From a virus (Duplodnaviria > Caudoviricetes): DNA of 54,913 nucleotides. Shown one piece after another: positions 1 to 8,693 of the stretch. Numbering within the stretch: position 1 is the stretch's first letter; every line of letters starts with the position of its first letter. The stretch covers positions 1 to 54,913 of the IMG/VR virus record IMGVR_UViG_3300044695_005573; one strand, given 5' to 3'. The position numbers and the translations under genes were made by a program. Under the pieces are notes generated by a model, which had not been told where the DNA came from, did no database searches, and was given only the letters and a program-made list of their open reading frames with translations.

Positions 1-194
1 GTCTGTGCCGAGTTGGTGTCCGTGTAGGTCAACGTCAGATTGGCATCCGAAAGGTAGTTCGGGTTGCCATAGCCGATGATGGCCTGCTCGAGCGCGGTGC
101 CGAGATTGGTGTTGGTGATCGTACCCCAAGTGCCGGAGTTCTCGCCGGTCGCTTGAAGCTCGATCTTCAGGTTTGTTGAATACGAACTAGGCAT
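1..194 (-). CDS. Tail fibre / tail-associated protein, N-terminal fragment (runs off window)
   Basis: Not in ORF track. ATG at 194 preceded by AAGGGA reads MPSSYSTNLKIELQATGENSGTWGTITNTNLGTALEQAIIG..., an N-terminus typical of podovirus tail-fibre anchors. No stop before position 1. Confidence 0.75.
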   Translation of the reverse strand, partial: MPSSYSTNLKIELQATGENSGTWGTITNTNLGTALEQAIIGYGNPNYLSDANLTLTYTDTNSAQ

Positions 195-206
195 GTGAGT
201 GTCCCT

Positions 207-1112
207 TTACGTCGAAATCTGAGTCCAAACCACCGTGTTTCCGTCGTTGACTATGACCCAATTCTGTGTCTGTGCGTCATCGACATTCTGCCAGTTAGGC
301 GTCTGATTGTCATTAATCACGCCCCAGACAAGTACAGATCCCACCTGGGCCGTCCCAGAGACGCCCACCAGGGTGACATTGGCGTCGGAGGTGGTTGTAA
401 CCGACCCAACTTGGCCTGTGGCAGAGACGCCCGAGACGGGCACGTTTTGCTCGGTAACAACCGTTACATCGCCAAGCGCCGTGGTTCCCTGAACCCCCGT
501 AAGCGTTACGCTTCCCGTGCCAGTAATGCTAACGGAGCCGACGGCCCCCGTGGCAAAGACGCCCGTGACAAGGACATCAGTGCCGGCGGTGACCGTAACA
601 GAACCCACGGCCCCCGTGGCTTCCAGCCCCGTAACCGATACGTTGGCGTCGCCCGCGATCTGTGCCGTGCCGATCGCACCCGTGGCCTGAAGGCCCGTGA
701 CAAGGACACCTGCTCCCCCGGTGACTGTGACAGAGCCAACCTGGCCAGTGGCTTGAAGCCCCGTAACCGAGACATTCGCCCCGGCATTTATCGTAACGGA
801 GCCAACCTGGCCGATGCCCTCAACGCCCGTAAGGCTGACTTCGGCTGTGCCCGTGACCTGGACCGAGCCCACAGAACCCGTGGCTTGAAGCCCCGTGACG
901 GGGACATCCGCCCCCGCCGTAACGGTGACGGTACCAACCTGCCCTGTCGCAAAAACGCCCGTAAGGCTGACATTAGCGTCAGCCGCAATAGTGACGGAGC
1001 CAACCTGGCCCGTCCCCGTCGGAAGTGCCGCGAGGCTTTCACCCCAAGGATCGTCGCCCCAGCCTACGCCAGAAGCATTCCACCCTTGGAAGGCAACGAC
1101 GGCATCGGTCAC
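207..1112 (-). CDS. Repetitive beta-rich virion structural protein (fibre/spike-like)
   Basis: About 11 copies of a 22-aa V/T/G-rich repeat (VTGLQATGQVGSVTVTAGADV.), W-rich termini, located in the structural operon. Confidence 0.75.
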   Translation of the reverse strand: MTDAVVAFQGWNASGVGWGDDPWGESLAALPTGTGQVGSVTIAADANVSLTGVFATGQVGTVTVTAGADVPVTGLQATGSVGSVQVTGTAEVSLTGVEGIGQVGSVTINAGANVSVTGLQATGQVGSVTVTGGAGVLVTGLQATGAIGTAQIAGDANVSVTGLEATGAVGSVTVTAGTDVLVTGVFATGAVGSVSITGTGSVTLTGVQGTTALGDVTVVTEQNVPVSGVSATGQVGSVTTTSDANVTLVGVSGTAQVGSVLVWGVINDNQTPNWQNVDDAQTQNWVIVNDGNTVVWTQIST

Positions 1113-1125
1113 TTCCGCCTCTTAC

Positions 1126-1563
1126 TTAGGCGATGCGGATGATCGCGTTGGTCGCGTCTGCCGTCGGGAAGATGATCGTGAAGGTGCCGTTCGTCGAGGT
1201 CTTGGCCCCACCGAAGTCCAGAATACAGACCGAAGGGTCGCCCGCCGCCGAGTCGTTGTAGATCATCGCCCCAAAGGCCGTGATCGTCGCGCTCGTGAAC
1301 GAAAGATCCGCAAAGTCCGTAAAGGCCGTGGTGCCGCTCGAGGTCGGGGTGACATTGGTCAGCGTACCGCCGCCCGCCGAGTAGGTACCGGAGTTCGCTA
1401 CTTCGTTGGTGGCCGTATATGCCGTAGTCGCCGCGGTAAACGAGGCACTGTTGTCGTACAGCGCAAGCTTAAAGGTATTGCCCGTGCTAGCCGTGAAGTC
1501 GTGCACCGCCCTCATCAGCTCCACCTTGAAGCTGGTGCACATGAAGTTGCCTGAAAATGCCAT
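1126..1563 (-). CDS. Conserved virion structural protein
   Basis: MAFSGNFMCTSFKVELM...FKLALY...DFGGAKTSTNGTFTIIFP; T/S/A-rich; structural operon context. Confidence 0.7.
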   Translation of the reverse strand: MAFSGNFMCTSFKVELMRAVHDFTASTGNTFKLALYDNSASFTAATTAYTATNEVANSGTYSAGGGTLTNVTPTSSGTTAFTDFADLSFTSATITAFGAMIYNDSAAGDPSVCILDFGGAKTSTNGTFTIIFPTADATNAIIRIA

Positions 1564-1565
1564 TT

Positions 1566-1853
1566 CTACTCTCCTAACAGATGAACCAGCTCTGGATGCC
1601 CCGCTTCACGAAGGCGCTGGGCGATCGTGGCACGGTCCTGCTCGACGGCCTCCTTCAGATAGAAGGCGACCACATGCTTGACGCGGTCCTTGAAGACCCG
1701 CGCCTGCGCCTGAATGACCGGATGTGACTGGTCACCGACGAAAATGATCTTGTCCGCGGCCCGTTGAGCGAGCTCGTCGGCCGCCCAACCACGGGAGTCC
1801 GTGGTCACGACCTGTACGGCGTTCGTTAGTCCGGGCATTTCTACAGTGATCAT
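1566..1853 (-). CDS. Hypothetical phage protein
   Basis: ATGA coupling with upstream gene; ends just before the GGAG SD of the next gene. Confidence 0.65.
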   Translation of the reverse strand: MITVEMPGLTNAVQVVTTDSRGWAADELAQRAADKIIFVGDQSHPVIQAQARVFKDRVKHVVAFYLKEAVEQDRATIAQRLREAGHPELVHLLGE

Positions 1854-2506
1854 GGGCCGGGCGACTCCGATTTAACCGGGATGCGGATCATACCATCACG
1901 GTACTCGTCGCGGCGGCGGCGTCCCTGCTGCTCGATGCCGAGACCCTGGATCGCCTGACGGTACGAGTTCTGGAAGTACTGCATCATCTCCGGCGGCCCC
2001 TTAGTGTAGCTGTACGCCTGAATCATGCAGGCATAAAACAGGGCTTCCGGGGCGTTATTGCTGATCCAAGTCGTCGTATTGGTCGACGAAAGCTGCGCAG
2101 GGCGGTAGATGTAGCCAAGTTCGACCACAAAGTTCGCATTCGGGGTGGGCGCAATGTAGAACGTGTTCTGGTCCCACACCGAATAGTACTTGGGGACGTC
2201 CGTGCTGGCCCCGTTGGGCCAGTATTCCTTCATGAAGGAAGTGTCACGGAAGTCCAAAAAGATCTGATCGCTGCCCGAGGTGATCATCATGTAACGATGA
2301 GTGAGGATGTCACTCGGGGCGGTCAGAAATTTGTTGCCGGAAGTCATGTTTCCACTGACTTCGAGCTTAAAAACGTCCAAATCGATCTCGCGGAGGATCT
2401 GATTCTCCGCGAAAGTGATGAAGTTGTTGATTACGGCATCCGTAAAGACGTTACTACCCACTTCGGAGTAGTTTCTGATGTTCGTAACGAGCTCGCTGTA
2501 GTTCAT
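1850..2506 (-). CDS. Head-tail adaptor / tail tubular A-like protein
   Basis: MNYSELVTNIRNY...FITFAENQILRE...PKYY...IAPTP...TWISNNAPEALFYAC pattern typical of podovirus adaptor proteins. Confidence 0.65.
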   Translation of the reverse strand: MNYSELVTNIRNYSEVGSNVFTDAVINNFITFAENQILREIDLDVFKLEVSGNMTSGNKFLTAPSDILTHRYMMITSGSDQIFLDFRDTSFMKEYWPNGASTDVPKYYSVWDQNTFYIAPTPNANFVVELGYIYRPAQLSSTNTTTWISNNAPEALFYACMIQAYSYTKGPPEMMQYFQNSYRQAIQGLGIEQQGRRRRDEYRDGMIRIPVKSESPGP

Positions 2507-2853
2507 GTGACCGTCACCGTGACCGATCCGACCGTACCCAAGGCAATCAGCGCCTGTCCTAGCACATACGGACGCATATCAGCCGTGTTAAGGACCGATC
2601 CATAGCTCTGAAAAGCCGTAAAACCAGGCGCTCCAACGAACACCGAGACGGGTTCAATGCGGTCTGGTCGCGGATCGCGCAGCGCAATGGCGTCTCCGCG
2701 GTACCGCAAAGGCTCCAACTGGGGCTCTTTCGGCTCGTAATCGTCCGGGCAGACCATGAACCCCTGCCATTGCTTGCGCAAGACGTTGTAGGGGTACCGT
2801 TGGCCGCAGAAATCGCACAGCCCATACGAGAATTTGCCAGTTGCGTAGGCCAT
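2503..2853 (-). CDS. Zinc-binding phage protein (true start 2853)
   Basis: MAYATGKFSYGLCDFCGQRY...VCPDDYEPKEPQ; CxxC...C motif; TAATG overlap with upstream stop. The longer ORF-track start overlaps the adaptor gene. Confidence 0.7.
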   Translation of the reverse strand: MAYATGKFSYGLCDFCGQRYPYNVLRKQWQGFMVCPDDYEPKEPQLEPLRYRGDAIALRDPRPDRIEPVSVFVGAPGFTAFQSYGSVLNTADMRPYVLGQALIALGTVGSVTVTVT

Positions 2854-3518
2854 TAAACGCCCATATCGGGCACAAACTGCACGCTGGCAGTGTCCCGATC
2901 CTCCATCGCAGCTCTCAGGAAGTCTTCCTCGTAGATGGCCTTCAGCGCAGCCGTCCGATCCGGGGCAAACTTGAGCGAAAGCTGGTACGCAAGCCCCGAA
3001 GCCAAGCATGGCAAGAAGCGGAAGTTAATGTCCGCCGTGTTGGTGTACCCACCAGCATCCTGAATGCGCCGAATGCGGTAGTACACGAAGGTATACGTCT
3101 GATCCGCCGCCGGATAGAAGAAAACCTTGGTCGGATTGGCGCGCTGTACGTAAAACTGCGCCGGCCGAGCCTCAGAGGTCTTGTTCGGGACGTTCAGGTA
3201 GTCCTCGCGGCTGATACGCTCGATGTAAACATCACTGTTGATGCCCTGGCTATTCTGGCGAATGATCGCCTCGAGCACATTGACCGTATCAGTAGGCAAT
3301 GTGATCTCTTTGACACCCTGCGTCAGCGTATAAGTCGCCTGTTCAATGGTCCAAAGGTTCAAGCCACGGTTGGCCCAGTCCAGAAACAGCAAATTGAGCG
3401 AGCGGCGTGCGGAGTTGAGCTGATAACCGCTCGTCGCCCGCATGCCGCAACGCTCAAATGCCTCTTCAACCAGATCGTCAATCGACAGGTTGAAGTCTGT
3501 AGTGCCTGACGTAGCCAT
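2853..3518 (-). CDS. Head-tail connector / adaptor protein
   Basis: MATSGTTDFNLSIDDLVEEAFERCG...ARRSLNLLFLDWANRGLNLWT...RPAQFY...RFLPCLASGLAY. Confidence 0.7.
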   Translation of the reverse strand: MATSGTTDFNLSIDDLVEEAFERCGMRATSGYQLNSARRSLNLLFLDWANRGLNLWTIEQATYTLTQGVKEITLPTDTVNVLEAIIRQNSQGINSDVYIERISREDYLNVPNKTSEARPAQFYVQRANPTKVFFYPAADQTYTFVYYRIRRIQDAGGYTNTADINFRFLPCLASGLAYQLSLKFAPDRTAALKAIYEEDFLRAAMEDRDTASVQFVPDMGV

Positions 3519-3521
3519 CGA

Positions 3522-3779
3522 TTAGCCGCAGGATCCGCCCATGCGCATCTTCTTGACCTTCATCTTCTTCTTAGCCGCACCGCCCTTCTTGTAGCCGCCA
3601 GGCATCCCGCCGCCCATCATGCCCATGGCCATGCGCTTGTGCTGATTGACATCGCCCCCCACGGCCATCATCAAGACCTTGCCGGTCTTCTTGCTGGGCT
3701 CGGAGAGCATCTTGTTCTTCGGGCCACTGCCCACGGCACCGCCACCACGGACGGCACAACCCATTCCACGACCTGCCAT
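3522..3779 (-). CDS. Small basic M/G/K-rich protein with multiple xxxGG motifs
   Basis: Contains MAVGG, MMGGG, YKKGG and MRMGG; tightly packed in operon. Confidence 0.65.
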   Translation of the reverse strand: MAGRGMGCAVRGGGAVGSGPKNKMLSEPSKKTGKVLMMAVGGDVNQHKRMAMGMMGGGMPGGYKKGGAAKKKMKVKKMRMGGSCG

Positions 3780-3780
3780 T

Positions 3781-3945
3781 TTAGTACCCTCGCATCGCGC
3801 GACCGCGCGAATCCTTGCTCTTGCTCTTCATGGCACGGCCTTTCTTATCGGCCATACCACCCTTTTTCATCTTGCCGACGCCGTCGGCAGCAAAGGCCGG
3901 AACCTTCTTCCCGCCCTTCATCACCATCTTCAACTTACCAGGCAT
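3781..3945 (-). CDS. Small basic protein (54 aa, not in ORF track)
   Basis: MPGKLKMVMKGGKKVPAFAADGVGKMKKGGMADKKGRAMKSKSKDSRGRAMRGY; GGGAG SD; exactly fills the gap between neighbours. Confidence 0.7.
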   Translation of the reverse strand: MPGKLKMVMKGGKKVPAFAADGVGKMKKGGMADKKGRAMKSKSKDSRGRAMRGY

Positions 3946-3948
3946 AAC

Positions 3949-4197
3949 TTACTCCCTCGCGCTGCGAATTTCGTCCAGTTTAGCTTCAAGACGATTGAAC
4001 CGTTGGTCGACATGTGCGACAAACTTCTCGATCCGATCGTCCACCTCTTTGCGAGTGATGTGATCTCTCGCAATCTCCTCGCGGGTCCGGTTAAGCAAAA
4101 TGCTCAACCGAGCCAGCTCGTCAAACTTACCCTTTAGCATGAACCCCATCCCGGTCACTATCGCGGACAGGATGATGTTCCAGATCATGATCTCCAT
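3949..4197 (-). CDS. Small protein with N-terminal hydrophobic helix and coiled coil
   Basis: MEIMIWNIILSAIVTGMGFML followed by a heptad-like charged helix. Confidence 0.65.
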   Translation of the reverse strand: MEIMIWNIILSAIVTGMGFMLKGKFDELARLSILLNRTREEIARDHITRKEVDDRIEKFVAHVDQRFNRLEAKLDEIRSARE

Positions 4198-4200
4198 CGG

Positions 4201-4524
4201 CTAACACTTCCATCGCCGGCGAGCCTGCCTGATCCTGCTGTTTGGATCCTTGGCAGCCTCTGGGTACATTTTCATCTGGCCGGCGGAACGCGCGCAAAAC
4301 GACTTGCGTCGTTTGGCCCGGGCAGCACTCGGATTGCTTTCCGTCACGGCCGTCTGGAGCTTACTTCCGGGGTTGGCACGGCGATACGCAGCCACGCCCT
4401 GTCGGGTCATGCCTGCGCCCTGCTTCGTAGGGCGAAAGTTGCCGCTTTTAACGGAGGTCTTGATGCCCATGCCCTTGCGCACGGCACCGCCTCCACGCAG
4501 CGCAATGCCCATGAAGCCAGGCAT
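4201..4524 (-). CDS. Basic phage protein (resembles DUF6321 family)
   Basis: GAGMTRQGVAAYRRANPGSKLQTAVT...RRKSFCARSAGQ...DPNSRIRQARRRWKC; family name from memory. Confidence 0.7.
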   Translation of the reverse strand: MPGFMGIALRGGGAVRKGMGIKTSVKSGNFRPTKQGAGMTRQGVAAYRRANPGSKLQTAVTESNPSAARAKRRKSFCARSAGQMKMYPEAAKDPNSRIRQARRRWKC

Positions 4525-4826
4525 TACGCCGGGGCCCCACCCACGTACAGCACGGTAACACTCTTGACCTCGGCATCCGCGATGGTGACATACACGCCAT
4601 CCGTCGCCAGAATTCCGTCATCGGGAATGATGAGATCGTAGGCTCCAGCAGCCGCCGGAGTCTTGATGTCAAGAATCGTGGTGCCCGAAACGCCGCCCGT
4701 CTTGAGGGTAAAACTCGAGGCAGTCGTTGAATTGGTAAAATACACGCCCTGAACACGCGTGCGACCATTCACCGCGTCGCCCGAAGCGACCACGGTTTTG
4801 GCTTTGACGTCACTTGCAAAACTCAT
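4524..4826 (-). CDS. Small virion structural protein
   Basis: Beta-rich 100 aa; AAGGAAG SD; TAATG coupling to the next gene. Confidence 0.65.
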   Translation of the reverse strand: MSFASDVKAKTVVASGDAVNGRTRVQGVYFTNSTTASSFTLKTGGVSGTTILDIKTPAAAGAYDLIIPDDGILATDGVYVTIADAEVKSVTVLYVGGAPA

Positions 4827-4859
4827 TGTTCTGCTTCCTTTGTCTAGGTGAAGCCGGAT

Positions 4860-4887
4860 CGCCCCGGGTCATTGTTGACCCGGGGCG
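4860..4887. other. Perfect 12-bp intergenic hairpin (terminator or processing/stability element)
   Basis: CGCCCCGGGTCA-TTGT-TGACCCGGGGCG. A T-tract follows only on the + strand (4894-4899). Confidence 0.55.
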
Positions 4888-4897
4888 CTTCCGTTTT

Positions 4898-5611
4898 TTA
4901 GCGCGTCGCCGAGGCGAAGAGGTAGTCGAGCTTCGTCGAACGGGTGCCCGTAGCACTGCCCGACAAAGACATCGCCGCCAACGCCAACTCCGTGGTCGGA
5001 ATGTTGGTCGTGTGCGTCGCAACAAGCTTGCGGTTCACGAAAAACTCCACCAACCCCGTGCCGCTCACGCGGAAACCAAGGGTGATGTCGGTGTCGTCAA
5101 CAAGATCAACGCCCGAGTCCGTCGAGGTCTCGGTGCCGCCAGACTCCGTCTTGCAGAGGATCGAGGCATTGCCGTCGTCCACCTGGAACACGATGCGATC
5201 GGCAGCCGTCAACATGGCTTCCGGGTTGGTCGCAAAGTTAACGGTGAGCCCGACGCAAATGTCGGTCTGATCGGCGTCGTTGCACTGGAGGCGGGTCTCA
5301 AACCACACCACCTTATCGGCAGCGGCCTTGTAGACCTCGTTGCCTTGAATTGACGCGCCGTCGTCGTCCGTCGTAGCAGCCGAGGTCAGCGCAAGGAGCC
5401 CATTGACCGTGTCGGCAACAATGCCGGCAGAGGCTCCCGAATCCTTGACCACGGTCCAGTCGTTGGTGCTGTCAAGCGCAACGCCGAGAAAGTCGTCCAA
5501 GTACGAGACGACGGCCGGGTTTGCGGAAATGGTGAGATCGGTGCCCCAGGCGCCCGTGACGGTGCCCTTGCCCGAGTACTGAAGCGGGCCAGAAAAATGC
5601 GTAACAGCCAT
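4898..5611 (-). CDS. Putative capsid decoration / minor virion protein
   Basis: MAVTHFSGP... beta-sandwich-like composition; directly downstream of MCP; GAGGA SD. Confidence 0.6.
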   Translation of the reverse strand: MAVTHFSGPLQYSGKGTVTGAWGTDLTISANPAVVSYLDDFLGVALDSTNDWTVVKDSGASAGIVADTVNGLLALTSAATTDDDGASIQGNEVYKAAADKVVWFETRLQCNDADQTDICVGLTVNFATNPEAMLTAADRIVFQVDDGNASILCKTESGGTETSTDSGVDLVDDTDITLGFRVSGTGLVEFFVNRKLVATHTTNIPTTELALAAMSLSGSATGTRSTKLDYLFASATR

Positions 5612-5720
5612 GTTGTCCTCACATGCGAGTTAGGTACGGCTGTCTGCATGTCGTCAGCCGGGTCTGTCAGACGTACCTGGATTGCCCCGGAACAGCTCAA
5701 CTATACGTCAGGAAATCCAA

Positions 5721-5750
5721 TAAAAGAAGGGGGTCTTTCGACCCCCTCCT
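5721..5750 (-). terminator. Intrinsic terminator after MCP
   Basis: Minus strand AGGGGGTC-GAAA-GACCCCCT followed by TCTTTT. Confidence 0.75.
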
Positions 5751-5761
5751 GTTTGCCGCTA

Positions 5762-6670
5762 TTAGGCAGCGCCGGGCGAGCCGAAGATGCCCCGCGGGTC
5801 GCTGAAGCCGAAGCTATAGCGCTCGCGAGCCTTGTACCGCACGTTGCCGGTGTCGAAGTCGCCCTCGAAACCAGTCTTGATGGCAACACGCTGGAACATC
5901 TTCATGCCGTTCGGGGCGTCGGTTTTGATAAACCAGGCGTCCGGGTCGGTCAGGAAGTGGTTCACGGTGTAGCCCTGCGGCACCATGCCCATGTTCTTCA
6001 CGGCGTTGATGTCGTTATCCGCAGTGCCGACACGGAGGGTCGACTTGAGGATACGGTCAGCCGTAAACATGAGTTCCTTCGGGATGATGAGCTTGAGGCC
6101 CTGAACAGCGATCTTCAGGCCACGCTCATCGGTGAACTTGGCGATGTCGATCAGAGCCTGCTCAAGGGAGGTCTCGCTTAGGTCAGCCGAAACGGCCAGC
6201 TCGTTGGCGAGGTCCGGGCCCGACAGGGTCGGGTGGTCCGTCGCGCAAAGCGGCTTGCCGTCACCACCAGTCGAGGTCGTGAACGCGCCGTTAAGCACGT
6301 CAGCGGCCTTGATCTGCTTGGTCTGCGCCATCGAACGGGCGAGCGCCTTGGTGTAACGCGCAGCGAGTCGGTCGTAGAGGTTGTCCTCAACGGCTTCTTC
6401 GGTGAGCGAGAACGCCAGAGCGATCGTCTCGTGGGTGTAGCGAGCGGTGTAGACTTCCTGCGCCTGGTCGTACGCGACGCCAGCGCCTTCAGACTTCACC
6501 GGAGCCTCGGCAAAGCCGGACTCCATCACCTCTTCCTCGAACGCACGATCAGAGCTCTCGACCGAGTAGATCTCGGCGTGCTCGTTCTCGTAGTTCTTGT
6601 ACTCGAGGCCGAACAGGGCGTTCAAACCCGGCTCGAGCTCCTTAACAAGTTGTGCACGTGAAATTGCCAT
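5762..6670 (-). CDS. Major capsid protein
   Basis: MAISRAQLVKELEPGLNALFGLEY...ARYTHETIALAFSLTEEAVEDNLY...GDFDTGNVRYKARERYSFGFSDPRG, a widespread aquatic podovirus MCP type. Confidence 0.9.
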   Translation of the reverse strand: MAISRAQLVKELEPGLNALFGLEYKNYENEHAEIYSVESSDRAFEEEVMESGFAEAPVKSEGAGVAYDQAQEVYTARYTHETIALAFSLTEEAVEDNLYDRLAARYTKALARSMAQTKQIKAADVLNGAFTTSTGGDGKPLCATDHPTLSGPDLANELAVSADLSETSLEQALIDIAKFTDERGLKIAVQGLKLIIPKELMFTADRILKSTLRVGTADNDINAVKNMGMVPQGYTVNHFLTDPDAWFIKTDAPNGMKMFQRVAIKTGFEGDFDTGNVRYKARERYSFGFSDPRGIFGSPGAA

Positions 6671-6688
6671 GTCTTTATGCCCCTATAA

Positions 6689-7267
6689 TCAGGTTACGGC
6701 CTTGACGCCGCTGCTGCCATACAGGTGCTCGTTGATTTTCACAACGACCACAGCAAAGTCCCCAAGAGCGTTGCCCGGAACATTCCAGAGGCCAACGATC
6801 TTCAGGTTCAGTGCCGCTGTATCCGCGATGGTGGACGAATCCAGTTCCATCGAAGAAACACCCGTGGTGGAGCTTCCGCCCGTCCCAACGACATCGGCGT
6901 TCTTGCCGATATCAGCCTGCTCAATGTCCTCATCCGCCTGGATGATGAACAACTGGCTCGGATCGTCGATCACGTCGGCAACAATCTTGCCCGAGGTGAC
7001 GTTGACGCTGCCCGGATAGAAGTTCTTCCAGGTCGGCTTGCCGGTCGTCGGATCGATATAGAAGCAGCCGTTAAACACTCCGAGAGCCGCAGCATGCGTC
7101 CCCGGGAGAAACTTAACGACATAGCCATTGACGATCGTCACCAGGTCGCCCTGGTAGATCGCCCCACTCTGGTTGTCCACAATCTCGTATCCGTACTGCT
7201 TCTGAGCACCAGTCGCAGACAGATTGCCGAGAGGACGGAGACCAAAGGCTTTGTCTACATTTGCCAT
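6689..7267 (-). CDS. Minor head / capsid-stabilising protein
   Basis: MANVDKAFGLRP...IYQGDLV...GVFNGCFY; immediately upstream of MCP. Confidence 0.65.
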   Translation of the reverse strand: MANVDKAFGLRPLGNLSATGAQKQYGYEIVDNQSGAIYQGDLVTIVNGYVVKFLPGTHAAALGVFNGCFYIDPTTGKPTWKNFYPGSVNVTSGKIVADVIDDPSQLFIIQADEDIEQADIGKNADVVGTGGSSTTGVSSMELDSSTIADTAALNLKIVGLWNVPGNALGDFAVVVVKINEHLYGSSGVKAVT

Positions 7268-7287
7268 TTGATTATCCTCAAAAAAAG

Positions 7288-7773
7288 TTATTCACTGGCT
7301 TTTTTAGAGCCGCCGAATGAAACGCGAGACCTACGGGTCGGTCGCTCAATCTGCATGCTTCCATGAGCATTGCTCTTCATGAGCTCGTTGTCCGCAGCCT
7401 GCATTTGGTTGTTCGCTCGTTCGCGGTAATACTTGTTGCGCTCTTCAACCGTCTCTTCCGGGATACGTGCCAGAAGCAGACCTCCCACGCTGATCACACC
7501 AGCGTGTCGGCCATCATCCGTCGTTGAGACCGGAAAGTCAGGGTACTCGTCTCCACGAACCAGCTCGTACCCCTCACGGAGACGACCTGCAATGTTCGTG
7601 CGGTCTTCCACCCCGCCTGCCGAAGCCCGAATCCAACGATGCTTGTATCCCATAGGAGCTGGTGGCGCATCAAGCCGAGAAGGAGGTGCCCACGGACGGC
7701 GTCGCGCGGTCTTCGTACGAGATTCGGTCTCGCGCGAAGCGCGGTTCAGAGAAGGCAATTTGACGTCCGACAT
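7288..7773 (-). CDS. Conserved head-module protein
   Basis: WAPPSRLDAPPAPMGYKHRWIR...LREGYELVR...GGLLLARIPEE; lies between scaffold and MCP. Confidence 0.65.
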   Translation of the reverse strand: MSDVKLPSLNRASRETESRTKTARRRPWAPPSRLDAPPAPMGYKHRWIRASAGGVEDRTNIAGRLREGYELVRGDEYPDFPVSTTDDGRHAGVISVGGLLLARIPEETVEERNKYYRERANNQMQAADNELMKSNAHGSMQIERPTRRSRVSFGGSKKASE

Positions 7774-7776
7774 GTG

Positions 7777-8682
7777 TTACTCCTTCACGTACTTGGCGTA
7801 TTCCTCGAGAGGAACACCCAGCTTTTTAGCAATTGCCACTTGACTTGGGGTCAATTTGACAGTGCGGCGTGCTGTGTTGTTGATCCCGGAGGATCGGGAG
7901 GCAGGCGCAACCGGTTGCACGTTACGGGCCCTGCTCTGCGTGCTCGCCCCGCCGTCCCCAAACTTCTGGGGAAAGGCGTCTCGAATACGTTTGTCAAGTT
8001 CATCATAGTACTCATCCGAGCTAGGGTCAAATCCCTCAACTTGGATCAACTGGCGGTGAATACCCCAGGCGGCATGGGTCATGACGTTGTCCCGGCCATA
8101 CCACTTGTTCTTTTCCGCCCACTCCTCCACTCGCGGGTCCACCTGCTGCTGCTGGGCGGGCTGCTGGGCCTGATAAGCCGCCTGCTGGGCGGCATACTGC
8201 TGCTGTTGCAAGTAGGCCTGGCGCTGGGCCGTGGCAGAGTCTAGCTGCCCCTGCTCCATCGTCAGGGCGGTCAACCGCTGCTGGGCCTCGGTTTCGGTGT
8301 CAATGTCACCTTCCTCACGGGCCTTGCGGATGATCTGCTTGAGGGCCACCGCCTGCGTCTCAACCCGGCTCTTGGCCTCAACCAGCCGCTCCTCGTCCGT
8401 ACGGACATACTGCTGCTCGAGCTCCTGAGCCCGGGCCTGCACCTGCTTGGCATACTCCAAGGCCGCCTGCTCACGGCGCTGGGTCTCGCGAAGCCGGGCC
8501 GTCAGCTTGTTGATGCGCTTCTGCACCCCCTCGCTGTACTGGTCCAGCTCCTCTTCCTTACGAGCCTGCCGCGGCTCCTCTTCCGTCACCAGAGGCAGCC
8601 TTGGGGCCTCCTCCTCAACGGGCACCTGTACGGTCGCGGGCTGCTCGCCCTCGCCGACGTTAAATTCCAACTGTTCGTTCAT
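7777..8682 (-). CDS. Capsid scaffolding protein (putative)
   Basis: Acidic N-terminus, long coiled coil and C-terminal VKLTPSQVAIAKKLGVPLEEYAKY helix; AGGAG SD before ATG at 8682. Confidence 0.7.
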   Translation of the reverse strand: MNEQLEFNVGEGEQPATVQVPVEEEAPRLPLVTEEEPRQARKEEELDQYSEGVQKRINKLTARLRETQRREQAALEYAKQVQARAQELEQQYVRTDEERLVEAKSRVETQAVALKQIIRKAREEGDIDTETEAQQRLTALTMEQGQLDSATAQRQAYLQQQQYAAQQAAYQAQQPAQQQQVDPRVEEWAEKNKWYGRDNVMTHAAWGIHRQLIQVEGFDPSSDEYYDELDKRIRDAFPQKFGDGGASTQSRARNVQPVAPASRSSGINNTARRTVKLTPSQVAIAKKLGVPLEEYAKYVKE

Positions 8683-8693
8683 CTCGGATCTCC

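Noticed and set aside
5762-6670. Assignment to a named phage genus or specific host
   Set aside because: Gene content resembles widespread uncultured aquatic podoviruses, but a taxonomic or host call needs database comparison that I cannot run.
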